The position numbers and the translations under genes are program-made. Under the pieces are notes generated by a model. It was not told the DNA's origin and made no database searches. It saw only the letters and a program-made list of their open reading frames with translations. DNA of 64,000 bases from Auanema rhodensis. Its lineage: Eukaryota > Animalia > Nematoda. Positions 23,054 to 37,373 of this stretch are shown one piece after another. Location: NCBI GenBank assembly GCA_964057225.1, contig OZ059894.1, forward strand, positions 10,602,001 through 10,666,000. Reading direction: 5' to 3'. How positions within the stretch are numbered: the first letter of the stretch is position 1; the number at the start of each line of letters is the position of its first letter.

Positions 23054-26000
23054 ATGGGGGAGACTCCACCTTCAACCACAACTCTTTCCACAATTGCTGT
23101 CAAAGCAGGAGATACAGCTACAGTTGTTGTAGCCCTTTTGAAGGTTTATTAGAAATAAATTGAAGAAAACTTGGTTTTAAACAGAAAATAATATTTTAGG
23201 CGAATGATCAATACGAAATTAGAATAGATGAGATGAATCCACGTCTTCTAACTATAGGAAGTGGTGTAGAAGAAACTAGTGACCTTCTTAGAATTCACGA
23301 AGAATTAATTAAACGATTAAAAGTAAGTTACTATTTAATTTAATTTATAATATAATATAATTATTATATAATTATATTCTATAAGAGGTATGTAAGATAT
23401 AGCTATTAGCAACAGTTCTTCTTAGTATTAAACTTCACATCGTTGTTTTTGACCTTCTGGTGCATCATTGCGAGCAGGCGGGTTTTTGGTCAAAAGGGGG
23501 GTTTAGTTCGAACAATATTGCTTTAAGATGATTTTGGGATCTTAAAAAATATTAAAGAATAATATAAACAAACAAAACATTATTATTGAAAATATTATAT
23601 ATTATAATAGCTTATTTATGGTTTTTTTTAAACTTTTAAACTCCATTTTCATTAAATAGAAGCTTTAGTTTCAAATTTATTATTCACAACAAGTTTTTTT
23701 TGTTTAAATTCAAATTATCTGCAACTATTTTTGCGTGAAAACCATGTCTTTTGAATTTCTTTCGATGTTGTGCAACCGGCTGTTTTCAATTTTTTACAAG
23801 AGCAGTTGGTTTTCTGGCCAATCGCATTGTTCCTATCTCTGATATAAACTAAAAAGTTGATTTTAAAAACTTCATTTTACGATTCACGTTGGTTATAGGA
23901 AAAGGAAGATAAGGTTCAAGCTTTACTAGCTCGAGCTGATGCTCTAGGCTCGGAGAAAGAAAATCCTAATGAAGCTATTGTTTATGATGCAATGGCCTTA
24001 AATCTAGCTCAGGTTGGAAACACTTACAACCTTATAAATTGAAAAACACGTTCTCTATATAGACATGGAAAGAATTAAACAAACAACTAATGTTAAGGGG
24101 ATATCTACTCAATGAAACACTCAAATTCTATCGTATGGCTAGACATCATGATCAGGTTTTTATTATTTTTTTAAATTTATATTAATATATTTAATATTTT
24201 AGTTAACTATATCAATTTCTGATCTTTTACGTCGAGCTGCTGCTGACAATGACACCAATGATATTGTTCAAAGGATTGAGCAAATTGTTAATGGTTATCT
24301 GATCATCAGAAAATTATTTTATTATATATTTTATAATTTAGAAATCATCGATACTACTGCTTCAGCTGTTGATTTAGGATCTTCAGTTATTGCTCAAATC
24401 AGAGCTTTAGGACAAATCGATGATAATGAAGGAAGAGCACAAGAAATCTTAGCTGCATGTGTTTTGGTTGAGAATGTGATGCTCAGGTTTGTATAATTAG
24501 AATTAATATCTTTAATATAATATAAGAAAAGTAATTTAGAATTGCAACTGAATGGGAACATGTCGAACAAACTTGGACTGTAGAGAAGCAAAAGTTTGTA
24601 CAACATGCTCTTGATACAGATGGAATACTTGCTCAAGTTCGTTATTATAGTTTTATTATGTTTTTAAATATTTATTATATTTTATATAATATATTCCAGA
24701 TTGAAGAATGGCTAGCACATGCTGAAAGAAAGATTAAAGCACTTAATGAAACTGGTCAAAAACGGCTTTTAGACGAAGGAAATGTAAAAATTATTTTAAA
24801 AAATTATATAGAAAGATACAACTTCAATCTTAGGCTTATGTATCAAAGTTACACGAAATGGGTTCTTCTGGTACTAGTGAAGGTACTCGCGTATCTCACC
24901 TACGTGGCAGAATTGAGGAATTCCTTCATTATCTGAAAACAAGAATGAATCGATCACAACGTATTCAAGCTTTCTTCCAAGCTTCACAATCTGTAAGTTT
25001 TAGTTTCAAATAAAAGTTTTTTACAAGAATGTATCAGATGCTCTCACAACTAGCAATGATGAGAAGTGATTTGCAAAAAGCTAATGCTGCAATGGCAGGA
25101 GAATTAGTTCCATTAGCAAAACAAAAAGCTTCTTCAGTTATTCAAGAAGGAAAAGAAATACTTGGTATTATTTCTTATTTTTATAAATTAAATAATATTT
25201 ATAATTAAGCTCGTGAAGTTTTAACTTATGAAGAACAACGTATTGTTAAACAACGTTGTGACGAAATTGAGAAAAGCTTGGCAGAATTAGAAGAAATTGC
25301 TAAACAAAGAAAGAATCCTGTATCAGAAAAGGTTTATTTTCAACTTAATACACAGAACTTATTTAAAACTTGAGTTATAGCTTGAACAGTTGAAGAAGTG
25401 GATGTTCACTAAAGCTGATCCTTTCTTAGCTCAAAATGCTGATATGGGTACTAGCTTGAGTGCAGCTAGAGAATTCGTATCTAAGCACAAGGAGTTCGCT
25501 CAAGAAGTTGTTGTAAGGCGCCAAAAAAAGTTTTATGATCAGAAACATCTGTATTCAGAACCAAGATTCTAATGTCATTGCTGCATTATCAAACAAGAGT
25601 GAAATGGATCAAACAATTCTTGAATCTGCTCAAGAATTTGAAAGACAATATGAGCAATTGAAAGATATTTTAGAGAATCGAATTCAAATTGGAGGTCAAT
25701 TTGAACAAGTAAGTATAATTATTGATTATTTGGTTTCTATTATATATTATATGAAGGTTCATAAATTTGCCAAAGATCTTGAATCAAGTTTTGATGCTTT
25801 AACTTCACTTCTCGATACAAATCGTGATTTTACTAATGAAAAAGTAGCAGGACAGATGACAAATGTATTCCAAATGATTCAAGAAACATTAGGACAAGAG
25901 AAGAATCAAGGTATTAACTATTTCATATAAATAATAAAAATAATATATTTATAGGTGATAAGTTTATTAATGCTGTTGAACAAGTTGGACGTAATGATAA

Positions 26001-29000
26001 ACAGCTTACTGTTCTTCGTGCATCTGAATCTGTACGGAATATTATAAGTGATCATGAACATCGTTTTACTTATGTTACTGGTAAATGGTTAGAATGGCAA
26101 CATGCTAAGGTAAATAGAATATTCTTCAAAAGAATATTTTATAATAATTTTGAATAATTAAGACTGAACTTAAACGTTTTGAAAAGAATATTGAAGAAGT
26201 TGAAATGTGGCAAGAAGATGCTGTTGAAGTAATTAAAGTTCTTCAACAACCAGCTGGATCAATATCAAATGAAGTTTATTCTTATAATTATAATAATATA
26301 TAAAATATAAATTATAGAAAGCTGAATCATATGCTGTAAGATTTGAAAAGATTCGACAAACAGTTGATAATCAAAATCAAAAAATTAGTGAAGCAAGTAC
26401 ATATACTCAAAGTAAAATTTCTATTTTTCTAAAAAGAAGAGGAATAATGAGAATTTCAGATGATCATTTCTGTAAAAGAGTTGCTGAAGTATCTGAAAGA
26501 CAACAGAAAATTGAGAATATGTTATATGAAATTAAGAAGGTAAAAATCAAAAAATGAAAGTTTTAAATAAGAAAATTGTTTTTTTTTTCAGATGGAAGTA
26601 CAACAACTTGTGAAAATCATTGAAGAAGTTGAAATGTGGCAAGATGATGCTGTTGAAATCTTAAGAAAACACCAACAAACTCATCAACATGATCGGGAAC
26701 AATTAGAAATTCGATTAAAAGAATTAAAACAATCAGCACCATCTCAAATGCAAAGATTACAAAGAGTAAGAAATCAAAATAATGGTTAGTTATATCATAT
26801 AAAATTTATTTTTTTGAATAAAAAAAATTTTTTAAGATGAAATAATTAATCGTCGTCTTGATGTAATGACTGAAAGACAAAAGCAAATTCAAGGAATGAT
26901 TGAAGATATTGAATTGGTGAGTTTTTTTTTTTTTTAAAGAAATAATTTTTATTTTTTAGATTGAATTGCAAGATTTGAGAAAAACTGTTGAAGAAGTAGA
27001 AATGTGGCAAGAAGATGCTATAGAAATCATTCGTCAATCAACACAACAGTCTTCTGAAGTATTAAATATGAATTATATTTGAAAAAAATGTTTTTATTTT
27101 CAGATTATTAAAGAGAAATTGGAAAGAATTGTTGAACAAGTTCCACAACAAGCTGAAAAGGTTGCTTATCTTAAGAGACATACTGATAGTAATGAGTTTT
27201 TCTTTTTTTTCTTTTAAAATAAAAAAATTTAGAATCTGAAGTAGCAGAAAAGATTATGAAAGTTGCTCGTTGTCATGAACAAATTAAACTTTCTATTGAA
27301 GAAGCTAAGAAAGTAAGATTTTCGTCTGAATTATAGGATCAAATCTTCCTTGTATTTCAGGCTGCAGAACGTAAATTCATCAATGTTGTTGAAGAAATTG
27401 AAATGTGGCAAGAAGAAACCATTGAAATCATTCGTATTCTTCAAAAGAAAACTATTACGAATAAAAAAGTTTGTTTATTTAACTTAAAACTTGAAATTTT
27501 CAAAAAATTTGTTTTAGGAAAATGCTGTTTTGAGTCAAAATATTGAAGATATTCAGAAGAAATTAGAACATCAAGCAAAGAAAATAGAAGAATCAAGAAC
27601 TTCAGCAATAAGTAAGTTTAAAAAATTATATTTTATATTAATTTATAAATTAATTATAAAGGTAATGAACATATACAACGAGTTGAATCAACTTCTAGAA
27701 AACACAAAGATATTGTTCATATGGTTGATCAATTAAATAAAAAGGTTTTTACTTTATTTTCTTTTTGATTTTTTATTTAAAAAAATAAAAATTAAGGTTG
27801 AAACTATTAATGAAGAATTCTTACAAGATGAGATTCGAATGAAGGTTAAGGCTCCAGAAATTATTACAACTCTCCAAGATGCTCAGGTATATCAAGCTGT
27901 AACTTGATGTAAATATACTTTTTCTTTCTATATATAGGTTGATGAAGGATCTCGATATGAATTTTCTGCTCGAGTTACTGGTGAACCAGAACCATCTATT
28001 AGGTGAGAAAGACCAAGTTTTTAAGTTTTATAAGTTGGAAAATATATTTTAATAACCAAAATCTGTTATTTTATTTGTTATTTATGATTATATTTCATGT
28101 TATAGCTGGCTAAAAGATGGAATTGATGTGAAGAACACCATGGATTATCGACAAGATTTCATTAATGGAGTTGCAACTCTGATAATTGAAGAAACTTTCA
28201 TTGAAGATACTGCTACATACACAGTTAGAGCTTCTAATGTTGGAGGAGTATCTGAATCAAGTGGCAGATTAATCGTTAAATGTAAGAATTGTATTGTAAT
28301 AGAAGCTTTTGAACATCATATTTAGCTCGTTCTGCTTTGGATTCTATCTTTGAAGATGAAAAGCCAAGAGTTGTTAAGCAATTGAGGAACACGCAGGTTA
28401 ATGAAGGTGAAACAGCACATATGGATTGCGTCATCGTAGGACATCCAGAGCCTGAAGTTGTAAGTTGGAACTTTAAAACATTTTGTCAACATATGAATAT
28501 AGGTTTGGTATAAAGAAGAGACAACAATTGTCGAAGATGAACGTACACGTTTGGATTTCACGGGAGATCATTGTTCTGTAACAATACAGAACACTATTCC
28601 ACAAGATTCAGGCTTATATACAACTAAAGCTAAGAATGTACATGGAGAAACAACCAGTTTTTGTCAACTCAAAGTGATATTTTACTTCAAAAATTAAATT
28701 TTTCTTGTAAATTTCTTTAGGTTACACCTCGAAAACAACCTCCTCCCACTCCTCCAAAGCCGTTATCTCGTCCAGCTTCTGTGATTGCAAGACCACCTTC
28801 GATTCAACCAGCCATGACTAATACAACTTGGGAAGAAGGACAAACAGCTACTCTTCAAGTATTTTTGTTTGTTTCAGAATCTTAATGAAATCAAGATGTT
28901 CAGGTATTAATTCAAGGAGAACCACGACCATCTGTTCAATGGCTTTTCAATGATCGACCAATTCAACAAACATCAGAAGTTAGCATTCAAGAGAAGGTTA

Positions 29001-32000
29001 GTAACCAAAGAAATCTTCTGAAAAATCTTTTTTTATTTTAGTCTGATGGATGGTCTCGTGTTACTATTAGTCCAGTACAATCTAAACATGCTGGATTATA
29101 TACTGTTGTAGCAGAGAATGAAGCAGGAGAAGCAAGAACAGGAGCCTCTCTTCATGTTTCTCAATCAATTACTACAGAACATCTTTATCAACAGGTAAGC
29201 ATGCTTTAAGTTTTGTTTTCACAAAAGCTTTTAAGGATGTTTATGAACAACTTGATACTCAACCTGTTACTTCATCTGTTCAAACACGAAATGCATCATC
29301 TGTTGAGGTAATTTGCTTCAAAACCAACACGTCAAAGTCGATATTTTTAGATCAATGAAAGGAATTATCATGAGCAAGTCAACCATGAATTATCTCCAAT
29401 TCCAAATGAAAAACGATGGGTTGAAGTAAGATTAAATGAAATACTTCCTTTAAACATCTTAAGACGTTCTTTTAAGATTATTGAAGATGAAATGCGTCAA
29501 GCTTACAATGTTATTTCTCCAGTTCCACAAGTTGAAAGAACTAAGAAGAATGTAATTACTGAGCAACGTTGGGTTGATGTATGCTTTCTTCAAATATATT
29601 TGAAAAATATTTTTATTAATTCAGGAAATTGATGAACTTCTTCAAATTCCAAAAGAGCAGGCAAGAACTACTAAAGTTCATACCGAATATGGACAGGTTG
29701 AATCTTGAATATATAATTTAAATATTTAATTATATTAATTATTAGAAAGTTGATGAAGTTTCACAACCTGATATCAGACATTCAACAACAACACCGTCTA
29801 GTAAGATGTTTAACATAGCTGTAAGTATTATATTAAATCTTTATATGATTGATATATGATATTAGACTATTCGTTTATCACCTCAACCAGAAGTTCACAA
29901 AGCTGTAACATCAAGTTCGACTACTACTGAACATGTTGCTGTAAGTTTCTATATGCATTACTGTAGTTACTACTTCACTTAGGCTATTCGACAAGGATCT
30001 GTTCCTGAGAGTCATCAAGCATCTATTAAGCCAGCAACTTCAATTGAAAACATTGCTGTTATTCGTCAGAATCCAGTACGTGATGTTCATCGTGCTACAA
30101 CTACTCCTACAAGTCATCTTGAAAGCATTGCGGTTAGACTAATCATGTGTTGAAGGATTTAACTTTCGTTTTCCTTTTTAGCAAGTACACGCTCCAGCAA
30201 CACCAACTCCTAAACAAGATATAGTTACTGAAGGACCCCGAATTTCCAGAATTGATGTAAAAATTTCAAAATTATCTTTAAAATATTTCAAATTTAGGAT
30301 GTTATCTTGCAAAAACCACAATCAACTCCTCAAACTAAGGTTACTGTAACTGAACAAGGATATGTTACGGTAATTGAGATTAAAATATTTTTTGAATTAT
30401 TGGTCTTATATAGAAATCTGATCAACAATTTCCACAAAAAGCTACAACAACTACGACTACTACTGAACATGTTATTCAAACAAAAGAATTGGATAGAGCA
30501 GATAGTCAAGATGTTATAACTCAAATACATAAAACAAATGAAGAAATCAATAATGCAAGACAATCAACAGTTCGAGTATGATTTTTCATTTCAAATTTTG
30601 AAGATATAATAGAAAACTTTAGGTTCCTGAATCACCAAGACCACAGAGAAAGTTCCAACCTAAAGAAACAACTACTGTTTCAAGTAGTGCTGAAGGTTGG
30701 GTAGAAGAGGTTCATGATCAGGCTGGAAAGCCAATTGTTAAAACTGTTCGAAGATATGTAGATGAACAATCTGATGATGTTGTTGGAAAAGTATTTGGCT
30801 TTTCACCAAAACTTGGAAAAACTTTTTTGTTTCAGAAAATGTTTATGGTTCCTGGTTCTGAAAAGACTGTTACAATCGTAAGAGAAACAGGAGAGCATGA
30901 TAGCAAAACTATTCAAAAGTCCCAAATTCCTAAACGTCAACCACAAACATCTACAACCGTTTCAGAAGAACAGGAAGGATGGGTTCAGGTTTGTTAAATC
31001 ATATCAAATACAATTTATGATGATACTTCATGTTACAGGAAGTACATGATGAAGCTGGAAAAGCTCGTCAAACTGCAATTCGTGTATATAAGGAAGATGG
31101 AAGTGATGTTCAATTACGACAACAATCAAAGATTCCTATTCGTCGTGAACCAATTACAACAACAACAACTAGCGGTGAAGGATGGGTTCAAGAGATACAT
31201 CAAGAGATTAATCAACCAAAAACAACATCTATTCGAACATATAATGATGAGAAAAAACAAAATATTATTAATATAAATCAAATTGATAATGAGTATCATC
31301 ATCGTATTGCTGATGATGCTACTTCTGAAATATCAAAAGGACAACGTGACAGTTATATTCTTGTAAGTTTACATATTCAAAATAACATTGTCAATGTTGT
31401 TCAATTAGGCTTCTGATGCTGAAGGATTTTGGACTGATGGAGCTTTTACTGGATCACCAACTCCTCCTCCAATTTCTCATTTCAAACAAGATATTGGTAT
31501 GTTCTCTTACAATCTTTTATTATTTATAAACATGTAATGCTTACTGTATAGGAACATCACAAGTTTCATCTGAACCAGAGTTTGTACGTCCCTTCCAAAA
31601 GGATTATACCGTTGAAGAAGGAGGGTCAATTACATTGGAATGTATGATTGTTGGAAATCCAAAACCTAAAGTTACTATCTATTTCAATAATCAAGTAATT
31701 AGATCAGAATCTGAATATTTAAAGGTAAAATTATAAATTATATAATAATTTATATTTTTAATTATATAGATTATTACATCTTCTGATACTTATTGTATTT
31801 CAATCAATAATGCTCGTTTAAATCAAGCTGGTTATTATAAAGTTTCTGCTGAAGTAAGTCATGAAAAGCTATAATTCGAAGAAAATTTTAAAAATGAATT
31901 TGCAGAATAAGAAGGGATATACTGAAACCTTGACTGTTCTTCATGTTCGTCCAAAGAGTTTACCACAACCTGTTGTTCAACGAACAATCTCAAAACCATC

Positions 32001-33266
32001 TGAACATACAACTGTATGTTTAATTCTGTATATTCTATGTTAATCAATCTTATTTCAGGTTACTGAAGAATTCGCCATGTTTGAATATGAACAGCGAAGA
32101 CCGAACAAGCATGAGTCTCATAAGCTTACTACTCCTCCTCCGGCTAAACGTCTTCAACAAGTTCATACAAGAGACGAGGTTTGCATTTGTTTCTTCTTAT
32201 TATATCTTAAATTATCTGAAATATTAGGAACATCTTGAGCAATATGATATTGATGAACGTCGACTAGCCGGTCATCCCCCTCATTTCACTCAAACTCTCG
32301 TTTCTACTGTATCTGCTGAAAGTGATTCCGCTCGTTTTGAAGGAGTTGTAACAGGTAAATATTATTCTTCATCTTCATATTAAACAAGTATTTAGGTTGG
32401 CCTGCTCCTACGATTGAATGGACAAAGGATGGAGTAATCCTTTCTAAGGAATCTTTAGAAGGAATCAGTATAAGTAACATTGGTGGTCGTCTTTCTCTTG
32501 TATTTGATGTAAAGTTTTCCCAAAATCCCCCAATAGAATATTCTTTATCAAATTATTTTTAGAAATGTGTATTAGCTCACTCAGGAAAATACATGTGCAC
32601 AGCTACCAACATGAGTGGTGTAGCTACAAGTAGTGCTCAACTTGTAGTTAGACGTAAGTTTCTCTTTCAATCAATCCTACACCAAGTTGTTCGTTTAGCT
32701 AAAACTATAGCTCCTGATTTCATTCAAAGACTTATCAGTGAAGAAGTAGTTGAAGGTCAACCATTGAAATGGACTGTACGTGTTACAGGAGATCCAAAAC
32801 CTAAGGTATTTCATTATTTTTTAATGAAATTCTTTATAGATAATCTAAACATTTAGATAATTTGGATGAGAGATGGTGTTGAAATACCTAACTGTGACGA
32901 AGTACGATTGACTGATGTATGTTAATTATTAAATAAAAATCTTATATAATAAGATTTTAAGGAAGGAAATGGATTCCATTCTTTAACAATTGTCCGAGCG
33001 GAAGTTGCTGATAGCGGCCAATTCACTTGTTTGGCTGAAAACTTTGTTGGAGAAGCTCGTAGTACCGCTGATCTGGTTGTTAGATCAGAAACTGCTCCTC
33101 CTGGCAACTACTTCCATGTTACCAAAGTTACTCAAGAAAGACAGGTAGAATTCAAAAATCTTTTATACTTGGAAGTAATTCCTGATATTTACAGGTGAAA
33201 GGAGAAGAACCAGTACGGAATAGCTCATTTACGATTGAAAATCCCCGTCCGAGTGCTATGCTCTAA
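23054..33266 (+). CDS. Large spectrin-repeat plus 6 Ig-domain protein (CCDC141/zormin-like), many small exons
   Basis: N-terminus STTTLSTIAVKAGD...LLTIGSGVEETSDLLRIHEEL...VYDAMA aligns by eye to recalled CCDC141. I-set Ig domains start near 27850, 28360, 28790, 31570, 32270 and 32710; ends ...PRPSAML*. Confidence 0.88.
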
Positions 33267-33883
33267 GTTGATTGAAATTTGTTCATCCGTAACAATAAAT
33301 TCCGGAACATTTCCTAGTTATTATATAAAGATCTTCAAAGTTTTTAAAATATTTTTTTTTTTGCAAATCTGGTTACCAAAAACTATTTTTTTGATTCTGG
33401 TTAATCTTCTTAAAACCAAAAACATCTTTTCAATCGTTTAGTGTGTCAAATGAATTGTCATTTTTTCTTAATAATATAATAAAAATATATAAAATATAAT
33501 AATAATAATACTTTATATTCTTCATTTTCTTCTTTTTTTTTTTGAATTTCAAACTAAAAAATTCATTAATGTCATGTAAAGGTCACGTAATATCGATGTA
33601 CCTACCACGTGGAAAGTTCACGTATACCAAAAATGGCATCATTTATCGATTAAATAAAATAAAATTTATAAATAAAAATGTTTTTATTGTTATAACAATA
33701 TAAATATTCTATTTTACATATTTATATAACTATATATTATATAATTATTAAACCCATGATGTTAATATGGGTATTTTATAGTTAAATATATCTATATATA
33801 TATTTAAACTTTAATTTATATTTTAAAACTTAATAATTTAAATAATAATTAAAATTATTATTTTTTAAATATTCTATTGTATC

Positions 33884-34802
33884 TTATTCAGATTGCTTGA
33901 AAACAAAGCATGTTACTCCATTCTTTTCTGTTTCACAGTAAACTTCAGTGTTGACGATGTATGAGAAGGTACCAGTAGAGCAGATAGCATCAACTCTGTA
34001 AGATATGATTTTCTATGAAGGAAAAACTCAATTATTCGTTCAATACCTTCCTCCTAATTCTTCAGCTGCAGCAGCTTGAATTTGTCTTTTAGCAGTAGCA
34101 GTAGAGGAATGAATGTTCTTAAGAATTGACATTTTTAAATTAAAATTGGACTTAGAAATTACCTTTAAGATGATATCGCGAAGAATTTCAGAATTGCATT
34201 TGGGATCAAAGGATTCTCCGTCATCTCTCTTGACGCGGCCTTTAGCTTCGGCTTCAGCAAACTGAATCTCTTGAGCGATTTGGCCATCCAAAGATTGAGA
34301 TGGATTAACCTGAATACAAACACATATACAAACGTTTTTTTCTATTATTGTTTACATAAACTTGATTTTGAGCTTGAGCTGGTTGAGCTTGAATTGGTTG
34401 AGCTTGAACTGTTTGAAGTTGAACCTCAGGTTGGGCTTGAACATAAGTAATTTGTTGAACTGGGGCTTGTTGTGGCTGAATAGTTTTATACATTTTATAC
34501 TATTTTCTCTTTTTAAAACTTACATAAGCTGCACCACATCCTCCACAAGATGGGGCTGGAGCACAAACTGGTGGTGGTGGTGGTGGAGGGCATGAAGGTC
34601 TACATCCACATCCAGATGAGCCAAAGAAGAAAGCCTTAATAAATATTAATAAGAAAGTAAAAAGATATAATAAATTTAAATATTATTCCATAAAATTATA
34701 ATGTAATTCTTATAAAATTAGATAAAGTTGCAATAGTAAGTAAAAGATGATTACCTGAGAAGTAGCAGCTAAAGCTAAGCAGAGGATAGATAGTCTATAC
34801 AT
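33884..34802 (-). CDS. Ground-like domain (hedgehog-related grl family) secreted protein
   Basis: Signal peptide, CGCRPSCPPPPPPVC, Q-rich linker, RVKR furin site, then DPKCNSEILRDII...DAICSTGTFSYIVNTEVYCETEKNGVTCFVF. Confidence 0.92.
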
Positions 34803-35854
34803 GTTGGGAAAAGGTGAATCTTTCTCGAGATTACCTGATCACTTTCAGCTTATAAAGACATTAGCCTATCCGGTTCAACCTCCACCTTTCTCGGGTCAAA
34901 ATACCGGTTCATCTGCTCGTACATCCAGAATATCTTGTCCCTATCGCATGGATGTCATCTTTCAGCTAAAGGAATAAGCGGCTTTAAACGATAAGCCAGG
35001 TTGTTTATCATCATCATCTCGTTTTCAATCATTTCAGCTTGTCTAATTTTCAAACAAAAGATTGAAATAGATGAGATTATTCGTCATCATTATCACATTC
35101 ACCTTTATAATAATTATAAGAAAGAAAACTGAATCCGGAATGTTTCGAATTATAAAACTGATTTCTCTCCCGTGTTCGTCGTACAACAAGATATTTTTTG
35201 AAGTTTTTCATATTTTTTACTTTCAGTTTCTTCTTTAAATTACAGATGCTACTTTCATTTCATTGAACTTTTGAAGAAACATATAAAACTTATTTCAAAA
35301 TATTTAAAGAAATAATTTTATTGAAATTTCATAGAACTGAAATAATACTCAGTAGCATTTGACAATAAAATCAAGAAAAGATAGATTAATAATAGCAAAT
35401 GTTGCAATACAATCTAATGCTCAATATTGCATCAAAGAAAAGACGAAGAAGAAGAAAAAGACGACAAGGAAGTTGAATAAGAATAGAAAGAAATATTATT
35501 AACTATACGTATATTATAAAATATATGATACAGTTAAATTAAAGAAGATTGTACCTGAGAATATTTGAATGGCTATATTTCCCAGGATGAAATGCACCAG
35601 GAAAGAAACCGAAAAAAAGCGCTTTTTGCTGAGTAAAATAGAAAAAAAAGGAAAATATATGATATTGACAGTGATAAATACATAGAATCTCAAAACTAAA
35701 ATTTCGAAGAGGAAATAAAGCAAATAAAATATAATTTTAAGCTTTTTTAACATTATTTATACTAATATTCTATATAAGATGAAATTGAGATTTAATCATA
35801 TTAACTAGATTATATTATATTATAATAATATAATATAAAATTTAATAAAAACTC

Positions 35855-37373
35855 TTAATCATCATTGAATGGTTGTAATGTGTGCCATTGAGCAACAGAT
35901 CGTCTGGGCGTCGCCAACATGTCTGACCATTGCTTTAGAGCAACTCCTGTAGCATTTGCACCAATTATCACCTGAAATTTCATTTTTTTTTTGAAAATTA
36001 AAAACAGTTTTAGAGTTAGATCTTGAGTTCTACTTGAGAAATTCTGAACTTACTTGTCCGATCCGTTCATTTGAACCAACGCGATCGTAGTCAGAAACAG
36101 TCACATGAAGATGTACTCTCTGAAATAGAATGTAAGTTTATGAAGCGATTATTCAAAATTAAAAAAGGTTCTAAGAAGATATTAAAGGAAACTTTTGAAT
36201 TTGAATTACCTGCATTTTCTCTGGTGTTACATCAAAACTGAAGGATTCATTATAATAAGGATTCAATGTTTTCATTTTAATTGTTGTTTTCTTTTTTTCC
36301 AATCGTTTATTTTGCATCATTAAATAAATTTTAACATAAGGATCTATAATATAATTTATATAAAATATATAATATTATATAGTTTTACCTGATAATCCCA
36401 AGACATCCATTTTCTTCAAATTTTTACATTCCATAACAACAACTGATAATTTATTCTTATTTGGGACATAGCGTAAAGCTAAACAAACTTCACCCAACCG
36501 GTTTTCCTTAACAAATTTATTTTTAAAAAATTGAAATTCAACATAATCTTACGGGGGGACTTTCGATCAAATCTGTTCTTTCTATCGTTGTTGCTAAATC
36601 AATTTTTCCTAATGGAACTGATATTTGACCAATCTAGAAATATACTCATAAACATATACATATATACTATATACTATGCTAACTATACCTGATCATGTTT
36701 ACCAAAACGATCAAAATCAAAAACATTCATTACTAATGTTTGTCCTCCAATTTCATTAAATGGTACCTGAAGTTAAGAGCAAAGAATAAACTTCAACGAA
36801 GAAACGAAGCCACTAACCTTGAATGTGAAACTTTCGTTGAATACAGGATTTAAAGACTTTCTCTGGACTTTTGTTTGAAATTTCTTTTTTTTATCCGGCA
36901 AGAGGAAAAGCTTCACATATGGATCAGATGTACCACCCAAATCCATAGCCGGCAATTCCTCGGCTTGCACGATTACCACGGTTAACTGAAAGAAAGGGTT
37001 CATTTACGCTAATCTATTTGCTATTTTTTTCATTTCAGAGTATTAAAATCAAAGAAAAATAATATCAGATTACCGATTATTCTTCTAAATTGTCTTGTCT
37101 TTCTAAAACTTAAATTTTAGATCAAATTGCTTTCCCATTGGCTTAATGTTTCAAAATGATTAAATAAACTTTTTCTCTATAATATCCGGGGAAGATGTAG
37201 TGAATTCGAATACAATTTTTCCGGAAATGTTTTTCTCATATAAAGAATTAACTAATAAAAGCATTTTTTTAAAAACTTACTGCATTTTTATCAAAATCAT
37301 AATCCAACTTGTATTGTAATCGTCCAAGAAACTTTTTTTCTTTTTCATCTTCCTTTTTTTTCGTTATAGACAT
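35855..37373 (-). CDS. snt-3: Synaptotagmin lacking a TM domain (C2A-C2B), SNT-3 type
   Basis: [48 protein letters not shown] and ...[19 protein letters not shown] match recalled C. elegans SNT-3. Confidence 0.92.
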
